Shown here in pieces: positions 30,723-39,656 of a stretch of DNA of 64,000 nt. The position numbers and the translations under genes were made by a program. Origin of the DNA: an uncultured bacterium (GTDB taxonomy: Bacteria; Verrucomicrobiota; Verrucomicrobiia; Verrucomicrobiales; DEV007); contig CAXBMO010000001.1 in the NCBI GenBank assembly GCA_963977015.1, positions 96,001 to 160,000 of the forward strand. The letters are read 5' to 3'. Each line of letters begins with the position of its first letter. Position 1 is the stretch's first letter. The notes under the pieces were generated by a model. It did not search any database and was not told where the DNA came from. It saw only the letters and a list, made by a program, of their open reading frames with translations.

Positions 30723-32588
30723 ATGCCGTCTCTTGATCAGCAACTACTTGAGTTGAAAGAGGATCCCAGAAATTGGGATCTGAGACTTGAGGTCATTGAG
30801 CGCCTTGCGGCGAAGGGAAACCTGGAGGAAGCACGCAAATTGGTTCGCGATTCGCCGGATGGTCCGGTGCCGTATCCCGTGCAAAAGCGGCTATGGTCTG
30901 CTCTCTCAGGAGAGTCTGACGTTCGGGTCATTTCCAAGGAAGATTCCGGTGTGAAACCGAATCTCGTGGCGAAGGCGAAAGTCTTGAATCCCGATGAAGA
31001 ATCAGTTCCTCCGAAGCCGGTTCCGTATCAACCAAAGGCAAAGTTGGATTCGGAGAAGGAGGCTCCGCAGGTTGTAGAGCCGAAGCCTCATCAGATTTCA
31101 AAACCCGATGCTGCCGAGAAAGAACCCCTCAAGATTGGCCTCAACAAATCCAAAGGCGACCCTGAAGCTGCGGCCGGGATTAAGTTGGAACCGTTGGATA
31201 AGGCGACGCTGCCGATCCGGAAGTCACCTCCAACGACCGGCAGCAAAATGTCGGCCCTCACCACGGCGATTGTGGCGCACCTGGGATTGATTCTGCTCTT
31301 TACGTTTGTGGCGATTCACGTGCCGGTTGCCCGGGCGCCGAAGATCACGGTTCTACCCGCGCCTCCCGGTGAAAAAGAGGAGGTGATGCGGAAGACCATC
31401 GTGCAAAAGACCGAGCTTTCGACGCCCGCCGCTCCATCGATGGCGGCTGCCGCAGTCATCACCGTCGCGGCGGCTTCTCCGGTAAAAGCGCCGCAAGTCC
31501 AACAGGATAGCCAACAACTCGACGTCAACGTGTTGGATACCGCGGTTGGCATGTCGATGGGCTTTAGTTTTGAAGGCGAAGGGCGCGAATCTGCGGTGAG
31601 CTTTTTTGGGATCGAGGGCGGTGGCCGCCGGATTGCGTTTCTGGTCGATGCGAATCCAGAAATGTTGCTCGATGAGAAGGGAGGCATGTTCGCCTACGAC
31701 AAGGTGAAGGCGGAGATCGCGGCGATGCTTTCCGCTCTGAATCGTGGAACCGCGTTCAACATCATTGTGTTTCAGGGCAAACGACTTTCGATGTTTCGGA
31801 GCGAACCCGTTCGCGCGCTTCCTTCCAATATCCATCGGGCCAAGCAATGGCTGGATCCTCTGAATCGGACGTATGAGGCGCTTGGGCTTCGGGAGGATTT
31901 TACGGAGGAAGGCATTCGTCCGGGAGCCGAGCCAATTGATCATCGAGACATCGCCTACTACTCAAAAGCGATTCAGGCTGCCCTGGAGCAAGACGTCAAC
32001 GCGGTCTTTTGCATCAGCAACGGCTGGGGCGGGATGGGCCGGAGTTTGTCGGCTGAAGATCAGGCGAAGCTGGATGAAGCACGCGCAAAACACCGCGAAG
32101 AAGTCGCGAAATTGGACATTGAAGTGACCTACAATCCTGCGGAGGTGGCAGCGTGGAAAAAGGCGCAGGACAAAGCCCGTGATTGGCTGAACAAGGAAAA
32201 TGAAGCCCGTCGGCAAAAAGGTCTGGCTCCCAAAGTAGTTCTGAATTTCGGCGAACTCGTCACTCAAATTACCCCCGGGGCGAGGCCTCCCCGGGGCGTG
32301 CGAAGTCAGGAACCGCCGCCGGGGCCAAGTTTGGCGGATTTGGGGATCGAGCGAATGCCTGGCTACACTCCCGAGGATGTTCAGAGCCACATTGAGAATG
32401 TGGTGACCGCAAACTATGGGAAGAACAAGCCGGACCGGCCCAAGATTCACATGGTGTTATTTCTTGGGGAACGAGAGGACATCGGCGAATACGAAGAACA
32501 TTTTGTTCAGCTAACCCGGCGAAATCAGGGGCAACTGAAAATTCTTCGCGGCCTTGCCGCTCTCGATAACGTGACGGGCTTTAAGTAG
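30723..32588 (+). CDS. Single-pass membrane protein with a degenerate vWA-like domain
   Basis: Pro/Lys-rich N-region, TM helix, SFFGIEG..RIAFLVD..FNIIVF..VFCISNG..IHMVLF; MIDAS DxSxS not conserved (DANPE). Confidence 0.6.
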   Translation: MPSLDQQLLELKEDPRNWDLRLEVIERLAAKGNLEEARKLVRDSPDGPVPYPVQKRLWSALSGESDVRVISKEDSGVKPNLVAKAKVLNPDEESVPPKPVPYQPKAKLDSEKEAPQVVEPKPHQISKPDAAEKEPLKIGLNKSKGDPEAAAGIKLEPLDKATLPIRKSPPTTGSKMSALTTAIVAHLGLILLFTFVAIHVPVARAPKITVLPAPPGEKEEVMRKTIVQKTELSTPAAPSMAAAAVITVAAASPVKAPQVQQDSQQLDVNVLDTAVGMSMGFSFEGEGRESAVSFFGIEGGGRRIAFLVDANPEMLLDEKGGMFAYDKVKAEIAAMLSALNRGTAFNIIVFQGKRLSMFRSEPVRALPSNIHRAKQWLDPLNRTYEALGLREDFTEEGIRPGAEPIDHRDIAYYSKAIQAALEQDVNAVFCISNGWGGMGRSLSAEDQAKLDEARAKHREEVAKLDIEVTYNPAEVAAWKKAQDKARDWLNKENEARRQKGLAPKVVLNFGELVTQITPGARPPRGVRSQEPPPGPSLADLGIERMPGYTPEDVQSHIENVVTANYGKNKPDRPKIHMVLFLGEREDIGEYEEHFVQLTRRNQGQLKILRGLAALDNVTGFK

Positions 32589-34944
32589 AAGCCTTGGGTT
32601 TGCCGAAATCGAACCGGTCGCGAACCTTGACCCATCCGGCGAGTCCCAGTATCACGAGTTCGATCGCCCAGAAGGTCACCAGGGCATTCACAATTCCCTG
32701 GGCAAAGCCGTAACTGTGCAGGCCAACGCCCAGTGCATTGGTCCCAAACCAGGAAAAGGTAATGATCATTCCAAGGATGATGGAGCAGACATTGATTCCC
32801 AAATCACGGATGTAGCCGCCAAGGCGGGCGTGGAGAATCACCAGGGTCCATAGCACAATCATCAAGGCGCCATTCTCCTTCGGGTCCCAACCCCAGAATC
32901 GTCCCCAGCTGTAGTTTGCCCAAATGCCCCCGAGGACGGTTCCGACCAGCGAGAAGAAGAGGGAGAAGCAGGCGATGCCGTAAACGATGCGGGTTAGCGA
33001 CCGATACTGATCGCGATTGCCCGTATCCACGTTGAAGGCTTGGCCGATGATGTAGAAATGCGCAGCCAACGCCGCGAGAAGTCCACTGCAGTAGCCCACG
33101 TTGATGGTTGTCACGTGAATCCAGAGCCAGAAGTTGGTGTCCAGCACGGCTTCGAGCGGAGACATCGTCTCTGAGGTGTTGATCTCGCGAAATGGTCCGA
33201 GCAACAAGACGCAAACCATGGCCAACATGACACCCGCAGAGATCGCGATGCGTTTCCGAGTGATGTTTTCAATGGCCAGGCCGAGGAAAAAGCCGAGCCC
33301 TCCGATGAAAAGAAACGTGTCGAACAGGTTGGTGATGGGCGGACGATTCTGAATCAACATCCGCAAAATAATCATCAAAATCATCAATCCGGCTCCAATT
33401 GCTCCGAGAACCTCCGTGGTCCGGAGCGAAATCTTTCCGAATTGGGAATAGGGAGAAATCCAGATGAATCCCATTACGGTAAAGGAGAGGACGAGGAAGA
33501 CCTTGGCCATCATCTCATAGCCAGCTTCCCGGTAGGAGATCTCCATCCCCACGGACCGCATTTCGCCGCGTGAATCGGCCTCTTTCTCGATGAATTCGCG
33601 GAAATTGGCGATTTCGCTTTCGAATTCGGACGCATCGTTTGCCTTGGAGGCGGCAACCAGGGTCTCCAGCCGCTTGATGCGTTCGATCGCCCAGGGGCGA
33701 AATTCCTTGTTCTCAACGGCGAGTTTGACGAGGTCACCAGGGGACTTCCATTCGGCGACGTTGGAATCCTGGGTCACATGCATCAACTCATTGAACTGCT
33801 TAACCGTTGCGCTGAGCGAGGCGGTATCCTCGATCCCAACTTTGCGAAGGTAACGGGGCAATTTCGCATCGGGTTTGCGCATGGATTCACCGAGACTCAA
33901 TTCCAGCTTGTGAATCGTCTTGGCGAGGTCGTTGCGATGGATAAAGAGATGCTTGACCTGATCGGCCCACTCGGAATCCTTCGCGAGGACGTCAACCTTC
34001 GCAAGGGTGCCGAAAAGTTCGTAATTCTCTCGAAAATCATCAGGATCGGCAAAGTAGGTGGTGATCACATTGTCGTCGGCAAACGTGGGCGGAAAAATCG
34101 CCATTCCTCGGGAAAAAACTCCGTAGAGAAACGCCAGCCTCATCAGAGTGCGAACTTGGTTGTCTTCCTCAGTTCCCGGGGCTCGGGACGGCATCGCCAT
34201 CTGTTGGAGGTTCTCCCAGCTCATTTCCGGAATCACCTCGAGCATTTCGCTGGTCGTGGTCTTTCTTGCCAGATCGATCGTCTCTTGATCGAGGAGCGTT
34301 GCATTGAGGATGGCGCCCGGGTTGGCCGGGAGCATGACGCTGGCCAGGAACTCGAAGGTGTTGACCCGATTGGCGAGCAGCACGACCTGGCTTTCCACGC
34401 TTTCCAGCGATCCCGATTCGTTTGCTTGAAGTTGCTGCTGCTTCTCGTTGAATTCGCGAGCCAACTTGAACAGCTTTTCCCGATTTCCCTGATTCGGGAA
34501 CAGTTCTTCATAGCTGTAGTAGTCCCGCTTCATCTTTTCCGCGGCTCCAATCATCACCACGGCATCCGAGTCATCGACGACGAAGTTGGGCAACTCCTTG
34601 GCCACGCTGGGGCGAAAAAGCGTGTCGAGAATCCACTGGCTGTGGGTGACTTTCTCCTTTTCGCCATCGACCGTGAACTTCACATTGGTCTTGGAGCGCA
34701 GGCCCAGCAGCTCAAAATAAGCGAGCGAAGTCATTGGCTTCACCCGACCTTCGTGTTGCACCGGGATTTTCAGGAACTCCTTTGCGGCACCCTTGCTCCA
34801 CGCGGAGTAGGAATCGAGATCGTTCACCGGCTTGTCCGGCATGAGGCCGCGAATGCCGTTGAGGGCAATGATTCCCAGAAAGATTCCCCCAACGATGAAA
34901 AGTCGCTTTTTGCGGGTTTCGTCCAGATTTAGATTCAACTTCAT
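32581..34944 (-). CDS. ccsA: Cytochrome c biogenesis System II protein CcsA/ResC, extended
   Basis: WANYSWGRFWGWDPKEN (WWD domain), WLWIHV, GLHSYG. Confidence 0.9.
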   Translation of the reverse strand: MKLNLNLDETRKKRLFIVGGIFLGIIALNGIRGLMPDKPVNDLDSYSAWSKGAAKEFLKIPVQHEGRVKPMTSLAYFELLGLRSKTNVKFTVDGEKEKVTHSQWILDTLFRPSVAKELPNFVVDDSDAVVMIGAAEKMKRDYYSYEELFPNQGNREKLFKLAREFNEKQQQLQANESGSLESVESQVVLLANRVNTFEFLASVMLPANPGAILNATLLDQETIDLARKTTTSEMLEVIPEMSWENLQQMAMPSRAPGTEEDNQVRTLMRLAFLYGVFSRGMAIFPPTFADDNVITTYFADPDDFRENYELFGTLAKVDVLAKDSEWADQVKHLFIHRNDLAKTIHKLELSLGESMRKPDAKLPRYLRKVGIEDTASLSATVKQFNELMHVTQDSNVAEWKSPGDLVKLAVENKEFRPWAIERIKRLETLVAASKANDASEFESEIANFREFIEKEADSRGEMRSVGMEISYREAGYEMMAKVFLVLSFTVMGFIWISPYSQFGKISLRTTEVLGAIGAGLMILMIILRMLIQNRPPITNLFDTFLFIGGLGFFLGLAIENITRKRIAISAGVMLAMVCVLLLGPFREINTSETMSPLEAVLDTNFWLWIHVTTINVGYCSGLLAALAAHFYIIGQAFNVDTGNRDQYRSLTRIVYGIACFSLFFSLVGTVLGGIWANYSWGRFWGWDPKENGALMIVLWTLVILHARLGGYIRDLGINVCSIILGMIITFSWFGTNALGVGLHSYGFAQGIVNALVTFWAIELVILGLAGWVKVRDRFDFGKPKAST

Positions 34945-34947
34945 GGA

Positions 34948-36195
34948 TCAGGCTTTTGAGGTTTTGGACCGGCTGGAACGACTTAGGTGGTCGTTGAGTT
35001 TGATGACGAAATGGACCGCCAAACCAATTCCGATCACCCAGAGCGAGTAGAGTGGCCAGTGGTCGGCCGGGTTGTTCCAGACGGTAAATTGAGTGTAGTG
35101 CTCCCCTTCGAGATTTGTGCCGAAGGAGGACTGGAAAAACGTGTAGCCCTGATAGCGCAGCGGGTGGTTCATCCAGATTTTGACGCGCTCTTCGATCTTG
35201 CTGCCGTCGGAAAGCGTCTCAATCTTGGTCACATCGCTCTGGTAGTTGCTCGCCTTGCCGGTTCCCGGATGGAAGTCGACATGAAACTCGTCCACCTTGA
35301 TGTCGAATGGGACGACGAACTGCCTCTGCTGAAACTGAATGTTATAGGTGTTTCCGGCGACCTCGATGGTTAAGGGACGTGGCGGAATGAATTCACGATT
35401 GCGGTTCATTCCGGTGTGGCCACCGATGATCGCCTCGATTGGGTCTCCGGATTCGGGCACTATTTTGGCGTAAAATCCCGGGATGTTTTTCTCGTTCGTC
35501 TTCGCTCGCTGCATGGGGTAGAGAACATGGCCGTCAACCTCTCGGAAACCCTTTCCCTGCGCGACGGGCAGGGTCGAGGGGAGGGGATTTGCGTTGGGCT
35601 CGTAGTGTTCGACCACGAAGTCAAAAGGGATCTCCTCACTCTTGAAGGTTCGTGGCTTCCCTTTGCCTTTGCGAACGTCCCGAAATGCCTCATAAGGAAT
35701 CACGAGGGCTTCGCTCGCCTTGCCTTCCTTGTCCAACGGGATGATTTCCACCTGCCAGTCATGGTGAGCGCTGACCCGGTTCGATTGCTCGCCAGGATAC
35801 ATCGCCATGTAGCCTTCCCAAGCGAAATGGCGCGTCACGAACGACGCCAGAATCATGTAGAGGATGCCAATGTGAGCGAGAAAAAGGCCGACGGTCTTCC
35901 AATTCCTGCGGAGTTTGACGAGGGTGCCCGCAAGGACGTTGAAGAAGAGAATCGTCATCAAGAGATAGCCACCGGGAAGGATGATGGGCATCCCGAAAAC
36001 CTTGTCTGAGACAAAAAACGACTCGAAGTAAACCTTTTGGGAGAGATAAAGGCCTTCCTCTTTCTGGTTCAGCGTTCCGAACAGCGTCAAAATGGTCATG
36101 AGCGCCAAAACGATGGCCGCAAGCCCAAACGAGGTGATGAAGCGCAGCGCAAGCTGCGGCGCGTTTTGCCAAGTGTATTCTAACTTTTTTGCCAT
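34948..36195 (-). CDS. Cytochrome c biogenesis ResB/CcsB-like protein
   Basis: Three N-terminal TMs with LAHIG, MNHPLRYQGYTFFQSSF; start ATG 36195. Confidence 0.85.
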   Translation of the reverse strand: MAKKLEYTWQNAPQLALRFITSFGLAAIVLALMTILTLFGTLNQKEEGLYLSQKVYFESFFVSDKVFGMPIILPGGYLLMTILFFNVLAGTLVKLRRNWKTVGLFLAHIGILYMILASFVTRHFAWEGYMAMYPGEQSNRVSAHHDWQVEIIPLDKEGKASEALVIPYEAFRDVRKGKGKPRTFKSEEIPFDFVVEHYEPNANPLPSTLPVAQGKGFREVDGHVLYPMQRAKTNEKNIPGFYAKIVPESGDPIEAIIGGHTGMNRNREFIPPRPLTIEVAGNTYNIQFQQRQFVVPFDIKVDEFHVDFHPGTGKASNYQSDVTKIETLSDGSKIEERVKIWMNHPLRYQGYTFFQSSFGTNLEGEHYTQFTVWNNPADHWPLYSLWVIGIGLAVHFVIKLNDHLSRSSRSKTSKA

Positions 36196-36199
36196 GAAA

Positions 36200-36853
36200 T
36201 CAGCGTTGAAATTGGAGCCCGAGGGAGTTGGTGAACTCGAGGAACTTTTCCTCGTTTGCCTCAACTTCTGATTTTGGACCGGTCATCTTCACGAAGATCG
36301 AGCGGCCAAACTCCGGAACGGACAGGATCAGACCCATCATCCGATAATTGGGAAGTGCCTCGGTCGCGCCAAATCCCTTGTAGTCGCCGTCAATGGTGAC
36401 GGTTTGGGCGGGAAAACCGAAGAGAGTGCCCATTTTCAATTTGGAAAGTTGATCTTCGCTAAGCGGTTCCTGGCCCATTTGAGTTCGCCAGCGGTTCACG
36501 TTGTCTGCCAAGGTTCCCCCGGCTCGCAAAACGGAAACTTCACCGGCGTCATTTTCACCAAAGCGCAAATCCACTTCGCGCATGCCGGTTGCGGCGAGTT
36601 CTTTCCACCCTTCCGGCACCTGATAAACGATGTCGGGGCCCGTCTGCCGCTGCTGAGGTTGCGTTTGGGTCGCCCGAAGCATGGCATCGGTCCCAAGGCG
36701 GACGGAAGTCTCCAGATGGGTTTGGGGCTCGCGTTCGTCTTCGGAGAGCGGACGTCGATCCGTGATTTCGTGAACCGGGGAGGGACCGCAACTGCTGAAG
36801 AGCAACGCAGAGAGAAGAAGTGTCCCGGGGAGGGTAAAGAGTTTGGAATTCAT
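36200..36853 (-). CDS. Conserved hypothetical lipoprotein in the ccs operon
   Basis: Lipobox LFSSC, NVNRWRTQMG, FVKMTGP. Confidence 0.7.
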   Translation of the reverse strand: MNSKLFTLPGTLLLSALLFSSCGPSPVHEITDRRPLSEDEREPQTHLETSVRLGTDAMLRATQTQPQQRQTGPDIVYQVPEGWKELAATGMREVDLRFGENDAGEVSVLRAGGTLADNVNRWRTQMGQEPLSEDQLSKLKMGTLFGFPAQTVTIDGDYKGFGATEALPNYRMMGLILSVPEFGRSIFVKMTGPKSEVEANEEKFLEFTNSLGLQFQR

Positions 36854-37026
36854 GAGGTCAGCCCGGAAATGCCGGATGCTGCAGTCGAAATGGTACGTTT
36901 GATGGGAGGTGTTGGTTGCGCGAATCAGGCACGCTCAAGAGGGGAAACGACCCAGATTGAGTCGAAAAATCTTGTTAACAGCAACCGTTCTGAGTTGGTT
37001 CCTTTTTCGCGAAATTCGTTCAATTC

Positions 37027-38067
37027 TCAGGAACGAACCGTTCCTCCTGGGGATGGAGAATTCGTCGTTGCGGTCTTTTCTCCCTCATCAGCCTCCGTTT
37101 TGGACACCAATTCCGACAAAATGCGCTCGATGTTTGCGTCCTTTTTCGTCTTGCCGACTTTCATTTCCTGAGTGGCGCCTTCGTTGATCCACCAGCCAAG
37201 CAACGCGACTTCGTCCGGAGTCATGTGCTCGCGGTCGCCCGGTGGCATGAAATCGTCGTCATCGGGATCAAGCGTAACGCGAAAATACAACTCACTGGCT
37301 TCGGCATCGCCGGGGATGAACTCCTGATCGGTGATGTCGCCGCCCTTGGCCAGCCACTCGAACGAGTCCATCCTCAGATCTCCCTTCACCTTGTTTTCAT
37401 CGTGGCACTCCGTGCACTTGGCGTCAAAGATCGGCTGGATGATGTCATCGTAAATGTACCAGTTGTCGACGCTGATTCCCTGGTCCGCCGCCGTCAATTC
37501 CTCTTCAGGATGACCAAGATAGGGTTTGAGTGCCTCTGGAGCGTATTCGGTGAGGTAGGTGTCCGTGTGCACCATGTTTCCTCCGTAGTGGCTCGAAATA
37601 CTGATGAGGACGACGTTGCCGGCCAAAACCAACAAGTAGATGGGAACCACCCGGTTGCTCGCTTTGAGAATGAGCGACAGCACACCGAGCACAACGACAC
37701 CAAACCCCGTCCACATGTGCCATTTCATGTTGTTTCCCGAGGTCTGTTCTCCCATCATCAGCAAATACCCGGCAATGGTTGCCGCCGCAGCCCCGAGGGT
37801 TCCAAACCAGAGCAGGGGCATCGTATTGTCCGCCCAACCTTTGAAGGGCTTGATTCGGCCGAGGATTTCGAGAAAAAACACCACACACAGAAGGCCAATG
37901 GGAACGTGAACGATCAGAATGTGGAAGCGGCCCAGAAAGACGGCCTCGCGCCATTCTTCTTCGCGCTCACCGCCCATTCCGATCCAAAGGACCAGGAGGC
38001 ACAACAGCCAGCCGATCAGTAGGAGAGCGGCGATTCGGATTCGATTATCTTTGGGATTTTGGCTCAT
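37027..38067 (-). CDS. Membrane protein (DUF2231-like) fused to a planctomycete cytochrome c domain
   Basis: GRFHILIVHVPIG TM region, IQPIFDAKCTECH, MPP, WINEGA. Confidence 0.8.
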   Translation of the reverse strand: MSQNPKDNRIRIAALLLIGWLLCLLVLWIGMGGEREEEWREAVFLGRFHILIVHVPIGLLCVVFFLEILGRIKPFKGWADNTMPLLWFGTLGAAAATIAGYLLMMGEQTSGNNMKWHMWTGFGVVVLGVLSLILKASNRVVPIYLLVLAGNVVLISISSHYGGNMVHTDTYLTEYAPEALKPYLGHPEEELTAADQGISVDNWYIYDDIIQPIFDAKCTECHDENKVKGDLRMDSFEWLAKGGDITDQEFIPGDAEASELYFRVTLDPDDDDFMPPGDREHMTPDEVALLGWWINEGATQEMKVGKTKKDANIERILSELVSKTEADEGEKTATTNSPSPGGTVRS

Positions 38068-38434
38068 ACGTTGAAGCAGATGAAATCAGTCGGTAGCGGC
38101 AACAAGTCTTCAGGAACATCCACTTGATGCGGACCGACATGGTTTCTTAGCCGTGGAAAGTCAGGTGCTCAACCAAGATTTCCGGAGCGGAAACTGCCGT
38201 TTGGGGCGCCATATTCCCGAAAAAGTGGGTAAAAAGTTAGGAAATGGCACAATTTTTGGTCTCCGTAACGTCTTAGTAGGTGACTGCGATGCTAGACGAC
38301 CGATTGCAAACTTCTTTGCCTCTCAAATTATCTTGACACATTGAAGATATTTTATCCACTAACCTGTGAAGAAAATGTGAATAGAGTTGTCTAACAATCC
38401 ATCAATACCTCCCTAACACAACTGCAAGACAATC

Positions 38435-38758
38435 ATGATCTCTTTACCATCAGAGCTGGACTTAACCGCCAAGGAGGCGGCTCAAGAAGCCAAAGAGGCT
38501 CGCGAGCGCGTCGATGAACGCGGTGAAATCCTGTTAGGTTACTTAAACCAAATCCGGGCGGCGAATGAACTGGGCGAAAACAGCCTGGTCACCACCTGCA
38601 TGACCCACGAGCTTGAGTGGCTCTCCACGGAATTGCGCGAACGCGGTTTTCAAATCGAAACCGAGCTTCACCTGATGCACGGTCAGATTTCGATCCGGTG
38701 GCCTGAAGAGCTTGGTCAGAGCGGCAATTCGACCGTCGATAAGACGGTTGCGGCCTGA
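38435..38758 (+). CDS. Small hypothetical protein
   Basis: 107-aa ATG ORF filling an intergenic gap, behind an AT-rich upstream region. Confidence 0.6.
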   Translation: MISLPSELDLTAKEAAQEAKEARERVDERGEILLGYLNQIRAANELGENSLVTTCMTHELEWLSTELRERGFQIETELHLMHGQISIRWPEELGQSGNSTVDKTVAA

Positions 38759-38792
38759 GCGACTAAACTGAACTCCGCATTCGGCGATCACC

Positions 38793-39572
38793 TCAACCGT
38801 CGCTGTTGCGTTTTGAAAAAGCGTTGGAATTCGGTCCGCGACCTGAATTGCGACGGTAGGCCAGTGGCGTTACGCCCATGTGTTTTCGGAAGTGTTGGGT
38901 AAAGGTGCTTTGATCGTAAAAACCCAGCTCCACCGCGATTTCGCTGATTTGGGCGTCTGACGTTCGGAGTTCCTCGCAGGCTGCCTGAATCCGGGTTTTC
39001 ACGAGGAAAAGCCGCGGATTCATCCCGAAGAGTTCCTGAAATCGGCGATTAAACTGTCGGACGGACATCGCCGCTAACCTCGCCAAATCCGGGATGGCGA
39101 CGGACTCGCGAAAATGGCTTCGAAGATACTCGACCGCCCGATCGAGTTGCGCGTTTTCGGTAATGGCCGCACGGCGCCTCGCATAACTCTGCACCGTCCC
39201 CATGACCCCGATCACCTCGCCGGATTTTCCGCGAATCGGGAGTTTCGAGGTGAAATACCAGTCGGGCAAACCCTGCCGGTTGAAGAAGAGTTCAACGATG
39301 TTGAGGCGTGGTTCTCCCGTTTTGAGCACCGACTCGTCATCGCGGCGGAAATTCTCGGCTAATCGCGCGGGAAACAGCTCAAAGTCTGTCTTGCCGATGA
39401 GGTCGGCTTCGCTCTTGCAGCCCAATCGTTCCCAAAACGCGCGATTCGCGGCAACCAACTGGAAATCGCGATTCTTCGCAAAGAACGAGATTCCCGGCAG
39501 GAAATCAAACACCGTGCCGAAATGGGATTCGGGCGCAATCTGATCGAAGAAGCTGGATTGGACATCAATCAA
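38793..39572 (-). CDS. AraC-family regulator with N-terminal PAS domain
   Basis: FFAKN...LIGKTDFELFP PAS; C-terminal GFYDQSTFTQHFRKHMGVTP HTH. Confidence 0.9.
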   Translation of the reverse strand: MIDVQSSFFDQIAPESHFGTVFDFLPGISFFAKNRDFQLVAANRAFWERLGCKSEADLIGKTDFELFPARLAENFRRDDESVLKTGEPRLNIVELFFNRQGLPDWYFTSKLPIRGKSGEVIGVMGTVQSYARRRAAITENAQLDRAVEYLRSHFRESVAIPDLARLAAMSVRQFNRRFQELFGMNPRLFLVKTRIQAACEELRTSDAQISEIAVELGFYDQSTFTQHFRKHMGVTPLAYRRNSGRGPNSNAFSKRNSDG

Positions 39573-39656
39573 GGCAGGGCCAATTCATCATAAAATGAGG
39601 CCGGATCTAGCAAGAACTGTGGAGAATGCATCCTATGCTCCTTCAAAACCCTTCTT

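Noticed and set aside
38244-38260. Possible eighth sigma54 site ATGGCACAATTTTTGGT
   Set aside because: The -12 element is GG rather than GC, and it lies about 175 bp from the next start
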